Virus record (IMG/VR): IMGVR_UViG_3300042558_004043
Origin: a virus
Lineage: Duplodnaviria; Caudoviricetes
Direction: 5' to 3' (one strand)
DNA: 64,000 nt
Shown piece by piece: positions 1 through 7,013 of the stretch (the first letter of the stretch is position 1; every line of letters begins with the position of its first letter). Made by a program: the position numbers and the translations under genes. Under the pieces are notes generated by a model. The model did not search any database. It was given only the letters and a program-made list of their open reading frames with translations, and was not told where the DNA came from.

Positions 1-1
1 A

Positions 2-223
2 GGTTTGGGTCCTGAACCTGGAGGAGCTGAATTACCTCCTCCACCACCTCCACCAGGTGGTGAAGAGGGTGGAATAACTCCTGAATCGTTTAATAGAGAT
101 AATTTAAATATTTTATTAGAATCGGACTCATTATTTGAAGAGGATTCTTATATCGATTTATCTAAAGCTAAAAATTCATTAGGTCAAATGGAGTCTCAAC
201 TAGAAAAACTTCTGAGAGATTGA
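2..223 (+). CDS. C-terminal fragment of an upstream gene, probably portal vertex protein (gp20-like) tail
   Basis: Frame is open from the window start (GLGPEPGGAELPPPPPPPGGEEGG...) to TGA at 221-223. Low-complexity Gly/Pro/acidic tail. Position upstream of protease-scaffold-capsid genes matches T4 gene order 20-21-22-23. Identity inferred from synteny only. Confidence 0.45.
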   Translation, partial: GLGPEPGGAELPPPPPPPGGEEGGITPESFNRDNLNILLESDSLFEEDSYIDLSKAKNSLGQMESQLEKLLRD

Positions 224-231
224 TATTTATA
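222..231 (+). promoter_or_regulatory. Putative late-promoter motif GATATTTATA
   Basis: TATTTAT core at 224-230, 14 nt before the ATG at 245; same motif recurs before many structural genes. Confidence 0.55.
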
Positions 232-244
232 ATAAAAAAAGAAA

Positions 245-967
245 ATGATTAAGTTCGGAAATATTAAATCAAAGATTGAAGAAAAATTACTTGAATCTTA
301 TTCTAAGAATACTTTTAAATCTGAAATGAGGAATTTTAAGTCTTTAGTTTTGGGTAATAAGAATATTAGTAAGTTGTTTTATCTATACGATGAAATGAGT
401 TCAAATAAAGGTTTAAACGAATCTTTGGTTAATGATTACATCTATGAATGTGTTACAATTTATGAGAACACCGTAAATAAAATTGATGAATCAACAATCA
501 ACAATCTAAAGAAATGGGTTTCTGATGTTAAATGTGATAATAAGTACGAGAACATTGATAATTTGTTTTCAACTGACGTTTTAACAATTGAGTCTCGTTT
601 AAAAAGTAAAAAGGTTATTTCTGAAAACTTAATTAAGTCTACTGAAACCAAAAAAACAGAAACAGTTAATTTGCCGATTTCAACTATGATTAATATTGCA
701 AATAAAACTTTCTCAAATTACGTTGAAAATTTAAATGAGTCTGACAGACAAGATTTAATTAAATTTTTAAAGACCGAAGACTCTGAATTGGAACCTCAGT
801 TTGAGTCAATTAAAAATGAGGTTAAAACAAAATTAACTTCTTTGAAGGAAGGCACACAAGATAATGACACTTTAGACAGAGTTGAAGAAACAATAACAAA
901 AGTTGATTCTGAGACGTATAATAAATTGTCATACTTCAGATTAAAGAACTTGAACGAAAGTCTTTAA
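245..967 (+). CDS. Hypothetical head-module protein (240 aa, helical, many L/I-x-E motifs)
   Basis: Long ORF with A-rich leader, between putative portal and prohead protease; no recognisable catalytic motif. Confidence 0.75.
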   Translation: MIKFGNIKSKIEEKLLESYSKNTFKSEMRNFKSLVLGNKNISKLFYLYDEMSSNKGLNESLVNDYIYECVTIYENTVNKIDESTINNLKKWVSDVKCDNKYENIDNLFSTDVLTIESRLKSKKVISENLIKSTETKKTETVNLPISTMINIANKTFSNYVENLNESDRQDLIKFLKTEDSELEPQFESIKNEVKTKLTSLKEGTQDNDTLDRVEETITKVDSETYNKLSYFRLKNLNESL

Positions 968-1155
968 TCCTCAGAGTCTTTTCTTTTTTGAACGTATTTG
1001 GCTTTTTTAAGAATATCTCTTTTTCTAATAGATTTTTTGGTATATTCTTTTCTATTAACCAACTCAGAGGTTTGTTTTGTTTTAATAACTTTGCTCTTAA
1101 GAATTTTAAGTGCCTTCTCAATATTAATATTTTTATCTAATTTAACGATTAACAT
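964..1155 (-). CDS. rpsU: 30S ribosomal protein bS21 (phage-encoded)
   Basis: MLIVKLDKNINIEKALKILKSKVIK...R.EY.K.S..KR....KA.Y.Q fits the bS21 pattern and resembles Bacteroidota S21 (MLII...NIDRALK..K.K). 63 aa, basic. bS21 next to head genes is a described feature of large freshwater phages. Confidence 0.88.
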   Translation of the reverse strand: MLIVKLDKNINIEKALKILKSKVIKTKQTSELVNRKEYTKKSIRKRDILKKAKYVQKRKDSED

Positions 1156-1200
1156 ATATTACAAATATCTTTAAAATAAGTTTTTTTTTGACTATCGGTA

Positions 1201-1229
1201 CAAATATACTTATTTTTTTTAAAAATAAA
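1201..1229 (-). promoter_or_regulatory. Possible Bacteroidota sigma70-type promoter for bS21
   Basis: Minus-strand TATATTTG (-7 element TAnnTTTG) at 1201-1208 with only an imperfect -33 (TTTA). A variant late motif GATATTTGT also lies at 1161-1169 on the minus strand. Confidence 0.35.
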
Positions 1230-1250
1230 CTTGTATAATATGGAAAGTTG

Positions 1251-1721
1251 ATGAAAAAAGGAAAGACCTCACAGATTCAGGGGTTTAAAACGGCCAAAGT
1301 AGTTTATGGCACGGTAGATTCAGTTAATTTCAAGTCATTGTATTTAAACATTCAAACATGGGTCGAACCCAAGATAAATTCTGAAAATTGGAATAGAATA
1401 GTTTTAAACTTAAGTCGGTTTATAAAACATTCGGTCTTAGATTCTTTAGACAAAACATTATTTGATAATAAATTTATTGTTGATTTAGATTTACGTTCAA
1501 GCGGATTACAAAAAGGTAAAAAGTCATTTTTAAATTTGGAAATAAATTTTTATTTGACAGGAGATGAGGGTGATTTTAAATCAAGACGACTCAAAGAGTC
1601 ACTTAAAAAAATATGCAAACAATTATTTCAGGAAAACTTCACAAACAACGAATACTTCAAGTTCCAACTTACAAAAACCAAAAAAACTAAGGTAGAGAAA
1701 ATAGAAACCGACAATCTTTAA
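1251..1721 (+). CDS. Hypothetical protein (head module)
   Basis: ORF of about 156 aa, no recognised motif. Confidence 0.75.
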   Translation: MKKGKTSQIQGFKTAKVVYGTVDSVNFKSLYLNIQTWVEPKINSENWNRIVLNLSRFIKHSVLDSLDKTLFDNKFIVDLDLRSSGLQKGKKSFLNLEINFYLTGDEGDFKSRRLKESLKKICKQLFQENFTNNEYFKFQLTKTKKTKVEKIETDNL

Positions 1722-1742
1722 TATTTATAAAGAAAATTAAAG

Positions 1743-2468
1743 ATGAATCATCAAATTATACAACCCGGTCAAATAGGTAAGGGATTACTTGTTGAACACG
1801 ATGCGGGTTATATTTCACCTACGGAACAACGTAACGCCAATTTAATCCGTGAGTCTAAAGGAATGTTGGACCACTCAAAACCATTTGAGTTTTATGCGGT
1901 ACTACAAAAATACAATACTCCAAATAGAAACGGTAGAATATATCCTGAAAAAGTATTAAAAAGAGAAGCCGACAATTATAAAAAAATGATTGGTAAAGGT
2001 ATTGCTTTGTCTGAATTAAATCACCCTGAGTCATCACTTGTCGATTTAGATAGAGTTTCTCATGCAATTACCGATATATGGTGGGAAGGTCCTGTTTTGA
2101 TGGGTAAATTAAAATTACTCACTTCGCCAGGTTTTCATGAAAGAGGAATTGTTTCTACAAAAGGAGACCAAGCGGCAAATCTTTTAAGACAAGGTGTAAC
2201 ACTTGGTATCTCATCTCGTGGTGTGGGGTCACTTAAAAAAATTGGAGAACAAAACGAAGTACAGGACGATTTTGAATTAATTTGTTTTGACCTTGTATGG
2301 TCACCATCAACACCTGGTGCTTATCTATTCTTGGAGCCAAATGACAGATTTAACTTTGAAGAAAACTTGGAGGAGGAGAACAAAATGAAAGCACAAAGAG
2401 TTTCAGGTGAAAGTTCAAACAAATCGCTTGACTTAATGAAAAAATTGAACGATTATTTGAAGTACTAA
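1743..2468 (+). CDS. gp21: Prohead core protein protease (T4 gp21-like)
   Basis: N.NGRIYP, ELNHPE (catalytic His region), GISSRGVGS (catalytic Ser region) and FDLV.SPSTPGAY motifs typical of gp21 proteases; upstream of scaffold and capsid genes. Confidence 0.92.
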   Translation: MNHQIIQPGQIGKGLLVEHDAGYISPTEQRNANLIRESKGMLDHSKPFEFYAVLQKYNTPNRNGRIYPEKVLKREADNYKKMIGKGIALSELNHPESSLVDLDRVSHAITDIWWEGPVLMGKLKLLTSPGFHERGIVSTKGDQAANLLRQGVTLGISSRGVGSLKKIGEQNEVQDDFELICFDLVWSPSTPGAYLFLEPNDRFNFEENLEEENKMKAQRVSGESSNKSLDLMKKLNDYLKY

Positions 2469-2479
2469 AAATAATTAAA

Positions 2480-2689
2480 ATGGACGAAAAATATTTTGTA
2501 GCAAAAATTACAACAGACATGCCTGACCCCGAGACAGGTAAAATTAAAAAACTAAGACAAGAAAAATTAGTTAAAGGTTATTCACCAACAGATGTAGAAG
2601 CAAAAGTGACTAAAGTTTTTGAAAATTATTCTGAAGATTGGAGAATAACCGCAATTGTTGAAAGTAAAATAGATGAGGTGATAGAATAA
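2480..2689 (+). CDS. Hypothetical protein (69 aa)
   Basis: Short ORF with A-rich leader directly after the protease, followed by a terminator. Confidence 0.7.
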   Translation: MDEKYFVAKITTDMPDPETGKIKKLRQEKLVKGYSPTDVEAKVTKVFENYSEDWRITAIVESKIDEVIE

Positions 2690-2711
2690 TCTATATATCA
2701 ATGATTAAATT

Positions 2712-2737
2712 AAAGGAGGTTTTATACCTCCTTTTTT
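2712..2737 (+). terminator. Intrinsic terminator
   Basis: AAAGGAGGT-tttat-ACCTCCTTT stem followed by a T tract. Confidence 0.8.
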
Positions 2738-2817
2738 ATTTTATTTTGGTTTGATTTGTCAATATAAATAAATTTTTTAAAACTCGATAATATTTATATA
2801 AAAAATTAAAACCAAAA

Positions 2818-4287
2818 ATGGCAAAAGAAAAATCAATTGTTGAAGAGGCAATCATCCAAATGAGAAATTTGGAAGAAGCGGTTGCTGAAAATGCAAAAGG
2901 AATACTTGCTTCTACTATGAAGGAAGAAATCAAAGAGCTAGTAAAGGAATCTCTATCTGAACAAGAAGAAGATGAGATTGAAATGACTGATGTAGACATG
3001 GAAGGACCTGAAATGGAAACAGACGACGAAATGGACTCTGATGAAATGGACATGGGTATGGAAATGGATACTGATGACGAAATGGAAGATATGGAAGAAC
3101 CTATCGACCTTACCGACAAGTCAGATGAAGAAGTACTTCGTGTATTTCAACTTATGGGACCTGATGATAACATTATCGTAACAAAAGACGATGCTGGAAA
3201 CATCAATATCAAAGATGAAGAAAATGAATACATGATTGTAGGTGAATCTGACGAAGAAATGGAAGAAGAATTCTATGAGTCAGAAGAAATGGAAGAATCT
3301 ATGGAAATGGAGAAATCATATTCTACTGACGAATCAATTGAAGACATCGTTTCTAAAATGTTTGATGATGAAGAATCAGACGAAGAAGAAATGGATTCTG
3401 AAGAAGACATGGAATTTAGCGATGAATATTCAGAAGGTGACGAAATTATGTACGAAATCGAAATGTCTGACGACTCCGATGAAGAAGAGGAGGAAGAGGA
3501 AACTGAAGGTATGGTGTACGAAATTGAAACGCCTGATGAAGACGAAGAAGAGGAAGAATACAATGAATCTTTAGAAGAGTCTAAAAAGACGTTCAAAGCA
3601 AAAGGTAAGAACATGGGTAAACCAAAATTCTCATATAATAAAAATCCAAATCAAGGTGAAGGGTTTAAAGTTGTTAAAAAGAGTGCTAACAAAACTATGG
3701 GTACAGGTAACGCTAAAAAAGTTAATGTATACAAAGATAAGGAAACTCTTGATGGCGAATTCAAAATTAAACCAAAAGGCGCTAAGAAAACGGAAACAAA
3801 AGAAGCCGCACGTACATATGGTAATGGTTCTAAATCAGGTCGTGGTCTAAGAAAAGGGATTACTCCTAATAGAAACCTAACTTTTGAAGGTGTGGATTCA
3901 AACGAGTTACAAATTCTTAGAGAGAAAAACGAAGAGTATAGAAAGGCACTTAACGTGTTCAGAAATAAATTAAACGAGGTAGCGGTATTCAATTCAAACT
4001 TGGCATACGCAACACGTTTGTTTACTGAACATTCAACATCTAAACAAGAAAAAATTAACATCTTGAAAAGATTTGATGGTGTTGAAACTCTTAAAGAATC
4101 GAAGAATTTGTATAAATCAATCAAGGATGAGCTTTCAACGGTACAAAGTCAACCAATGAACGAGTCAATCGAACGTAAAATTGAATCAGTTCCGGCTACA
4201 GGTTCTGCGGTTAACTTAATTGAATCAAAAACTTATGAAAATCCTCAATTCCTTAGAATGAAAGATTTAATGGCAAAATTAAAATAA
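2818..4287 (+). CDS. Prohead core scaffolding protein (gp22-like)
   Basis: Very acidic E/D/M-rich N-terminal half, coiled-coil C-terminal part (LNEVAVFNSNLAYATRLF...KINILKRFD); lies between gp21-like protease and major capsid gene. Confidence 0.8.
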   Translation: MAKEKSIVEEAIIQMRNLEEAVAENAKGILASTMKEEIKELVKESLSEQEEDEIEMTDVDMEGPEMETDDEMDSDEMDMGMEMDTDDEMEDMEEPIDLTDKSDEEVLRVFQLMGPDDNIIVTKDDAGNINIKDEENEYMIVGESDEEMEEEFYESEEMEESMEMEKSYSTDESIEDIVSKMFDDEESDEEEMDSEEDMEFSDEYSEGDEIMYEIEMSDDSDEEEEEEETEGMVYEIETPDEDEEEEEYNESLEESKKTFKAKGKNMGKPKFSYNKNPNQGEGFKVVKKSANKTMGTGNAKKVNVYKDKETLDGEFKIKPKGAKKTETKEAARTYGNGSKSGRGLRKGITPNRNLTFEGVDSNELQILREKNEEYRKALNVFRNKLNEVAVFNSNLAYATRLFTEHSTSKQEKINILKRFDGVETLKESKNLYKSIKDELSTVQSQPMNESIERKIESVPATGSAVNLIESKTYENPQFLRMKDLMAKLK

Positions 4288-4315
4288 ACTTAAAATTAAT
4301 AAAAAACCAAAAAAA

Positions 4316-6181
4316 ATGGGAGCATTATTAGAATCAGGTCTTGTTGGTAACATCGGTCTTAAGCACCTTAAAGTTATCAAAGAAGATACTATCAACAAAT
4401 GGGACAAATTAGGGTTCCTTGAAGGTCTTAAAGGCCACCTAAAAGAAAATGTAGCGCAGTTATATGAAAACCAAGCGTCACATTTGATTAACGAAGCTAC
4501 TTCTGACGGTTCTTCAGGTTCATTTGAAACTGTTGTATTCCCAATCGTTAGACGTGTATTCTCTAAGTTACTTGCTAATGAAATCGTATCAGTACAAGCT
4601 ATGAACTTACCAATCGGTAAGTTGTTCTACTTCGTACCAAAGATTCAGGCTTACAATGCGGGTAATCCATACTTTGACCCACAATTACCATCAAATAACT
4701 ACGATGGTTCTTCAGGTGGTCACTTGAGTCCAGTTGGGTCACCAGGTGCTTATCCTGGTTCACCGACATCAGGGTATACAACTGGTAACCAATTCCAAAA
4801 GAACCTTTATGATTTGTTTTATGAAGGTAATGAAGGTCAATTAGACCCTCCAGGTTTGTTTGACTATTCAAAAGGACAGTGGTCTGCAGTTACTGTACCC
4901 GGTGACGTTCAAGTTTGGTCAAATGGTTCATTGGTTAACTATGGTGGCGAATTTGATGGTTTGAACGTTAGAAAAGTTATCGTTAAAATTAGCGGTTTTG
5001 CTAATGTTGGTAATGGTAAATTAATTGGACCTGATGGTAATGAATACGATTCAGAAACTTTCTTGTCTGATTTAAGAGTATTTGCAACAAATGATTTCGT
5101 TGACGCAGAAAGTCCTTGTTCAGTAGTATTTGACGATGCTGGAGACCCAAATTCATTATTGTTTAGAGTTGTGACTCAACAATATGGTCAAGGTATCGTT
5201 AGCGGATTAAACACTCGCACTCCAGTTCCATGGCCAGCACAAGGTAACGGAGGTTCATTCAACGATATTTGTAGCCCAACAGGTGACATTTATTTGGAAG
5301 TTGACCTTTCTTGTCCTGTTTGTGCAACTTGTTCAGGTACCACTTTAGATGGTTATACAGGTACGACTATTGATACTTTAGGTTTAACTAACTTAAGTGC
5401 AGTATTCAGACGTTATAAGAACTTAGAATTCGAAGACCAAATCGGTGAAGTTTCTTTCGACCTTGAGTCTGTAACTGTTTCTGTAACTGAAAGAAAGTTA
5501 AGAGCTCAGTGGTCTCCAGAACTTGCTCAAGACGTTGCGGCATTCCACAACATTGACGCTGAAGCTGAATTGACGGCTTTATTGTCAGAGCAAGTAGCTG
5601 CGGAAATTGACCGTGAAATTCTTCGTGACCTTCGTAAGGGTGCCGCTTGGAACTTACGTTGGGACTACAACGGTTGGAGAAGAATTTCTCAAACTACTTC
5701 TTACACTCAGAAAGATTGGAACCAAACATTGATTACTGCAATCAACCAATTGTCAGCTCAAATCCACAAGTCAACTCTTCGTGGTGGTGCTAACTGGATT
5801 GTTGTATCATCTGAGGTTTCTGCAATCTTTGATGACTTGGAATATTTCCACGTTTCAAATGCGTCTCCTGAGCAAGACCAATACAACATGGGTATTGAAA
5901 GAGTGGGTACTTTAGCTGGTCGTTACCAGGTTTATCGTGACCCATACTTCCCACCGAACCAAATATTGATTGGTCACAAAGGTACATCGTTACTTGATAC
6001 TGGTTACATTTACGCACCGTATGTACCACTTCAATTAACTCCAACTATGTACAATCCATTCAACTTCACACCAATCAAAGGTATCATGACACGTTACGCG
6101 AAGAAGATGGTCAACAACCGCTTCTATGGCAGAATTACAATTGATGGTGTTCGTACATTTGATTTAAGAGAATTGAGATAA
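4316..6181 (+). CDS. gp23: Major capsid protein (T4 gp23-like)
   Basis: IVSVQAMNLPIGKLFY, RKLRAQWSPELAQD, GIDAE-like NIDAEAELTALLSEQVAAEIDREI, GYIYAPYVPL and F.P.KGIMTRY motifs characteristic of gp23. Confidence 0.96.
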   Translation: MGALLESGLVGNIGLKHLKVIKEDTINKWDKLGFLEGLKGHLKENVAQLYENQASHLINEATSDGSSGSFETVVFPIVRRVFSKLLANEIVSVQAMNLPIGKLFYFVPKIQAYNAGNPYFDPQLPSNNYDGSSGGHLSPVGSPGAYPGSPTSGYTTGNQFQKNLYDLFYEGNEGQLDPPGLFDYSKGQWSAVTVPGDVQVWSNGSLVNYGGEFDGLNVRKVIVKISGFANVGNGKLIGPDGNEYDSETFLSDLRVFATNDFVDAESPCSVVFDDAGDPNSLLFRVVTQQYGQGIVSGLNTRTPVPWPAQGNGGSFNDICSPTGDIYLEVDLSCPVCATCSGTTLDGYTGTTIDTLGLTNLSAVFRRYKNLEFEDQIGEVSFDLESVTVSVTERKLRAQWSPELAQDVAAFHNIDAEAELTALLSEQVAAEIDREILRDLRKGAAWNLRWDYNGWRRISQTTSYTQKDWNQTLITAINQLSAQIHKSTLRGGANWIVVSSEVSAIFDDLEYFHVSNASPEQDQYNMGIERVGTLAGRYQVYRDPYFPPNQILIGHKGTSLLDTGYIYAPYVPLQLTPTMYNPFNFTPIKGIMTRYAKKMVNNRFYGRITIDGVRTFDLRELR

Positions 6182-6200
6182 TCAATATCTTAGTAATATT

Positions 6201-6229
6201 AAAAAGGTCAGAGAAATCTGACCTTTTTT
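6201..6229 (+). terminator. Intrinsic terminator after capsid gene
   Basis: AAAAAGGTCAGA-gaaa-TCTGACCTTTTT, 12-bp stem with GNRA loop and T tract. Confidence 0.88.
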
Positions 6230-6237
6230 ATTTTATA

Positions 6238-6375
6238 AAGGTGAGACTTGTATCTTAATCGTCTTCCATCTCACCTTATTGATTAGAATTGTTTCACTCT
6301 AATCTTATTTTAATATGTAGACGAAACCTCATTATGATTCGACATAAATTAGTTTGATAGGACAGGCATCAAACT
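6238..6375. ncRNA. Candidate structured non-coding element (four consecutive hairpins)
   Basis: Inverted repeats AAGGTGAGA/TCTCACCTT (6238-6277), GATTAGA/TCTAATC (6281-6304), TATGT..CGAA/TTCG.ACATA (6314-6346), AGTTTGAT/ATCAAACT (6351-6375); no ORF seen on either strand. No known family recognised. Confidence 0.35.
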
Positions 6376-6411
6376 TAAACAACGATATTTATATGTAAAT
6401 GTTTTTTACAT

Positions 6412-6987
6412 ATGAGGTTTTTATTTTTATTGTTTTTTCTACCATTACTAACAAATGCACAACTTAGGGATTCGGTTTATGTAACAACTTCTATTTTTAA
6501 TGTAGTATATTCTGAAAAGTTACAACAACCAAAATGGGTTGAATATAGGGTGTTATGTACTGACGGTACAATATCCCGTAAAGGTCTTGATTTTTATCCT
6601 GTAAAGGGAATTGTCACCTCAACTGAGGAAGACTATGAAAATAATATATACGATAAAGGTCATTTGGCTCCGGCAGCTGACTTTAATTGTGACAAAGAAA
6701 ATTTAAAACAAAGTTTCTCATATCTTAATTGTACACTACAACACGAGAAACTAAATCGAGGCACATGGAGACTTCTTGAGGCTTACGAGAGAGAACTCGC
6801 AAAAACTAACACAGTTTCAGTTGAAATCAGGATGAATTATAGTAAAAATTCAAAAATCTTACCTACGGGAGCAACTATACCCGATTCTTTTACAAAAATT
6901 ATAACTTACGGAAATAAAAAAGAAAAATATTTCTTCAAAAATGAAGAGCCGAAATCGTCTGACTACAACAATTACAAGGTCAAATGA
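6412..6987 (+). CDS. DNA/RNA non-specific endonuclease (Serratia/NucA His-Me type) with signal peptide
   Basis: YDKGHLAPAADF (DRGH-like active site), SFSYLNCTLQHEKLNRGTWRLLE (N..PQ...LN...W..LE); hydrophobic N-terminal signal peptide ending LTNA|Q. Confidence 0.9.
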   Translation: MRFLFLLFFLPLLTNAQLRDSVYVTTSIFNVVYSEKLQQPKWVEYRVLCTDGTISRKGLDFYPVKGIVTSTEEDYENNIYDKGHLAPAADFNCDKENLKQSFSYLNCTLQHEKLNRGTWRLLEAYERELAKTNTVSVEIRMNYSKNSKILPTGATIPDSFTKIITYGNKKEKYFFKNEEPKSSDYNNYKVK

Positions 6988-7013
6988 TAATAAACAATTA
7001 AACCAATAAAAAA

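Noticed and set aside
2763-2770. T4-consensus TATAAATA as the late promoter (also near 21492)
   Set aside because: Only sporadic in sense orientation and expected by chance in AT-rich DNA; the TATTTAT orientation is far more consistent before genes.
2736-4124. Minus-strand ORFs (2736-3119, 3273-3614, 3651-4124) and + frame ORF 3242-3574
   Set aside because: Ser-rich or low-complexity shadows of the acidic scaffold gene's biased codons.
6310-6346. GACGAAAC as part of a hammerhead ribozyme core
   Set aside because: No CTGANGA element in the required position on either strand.
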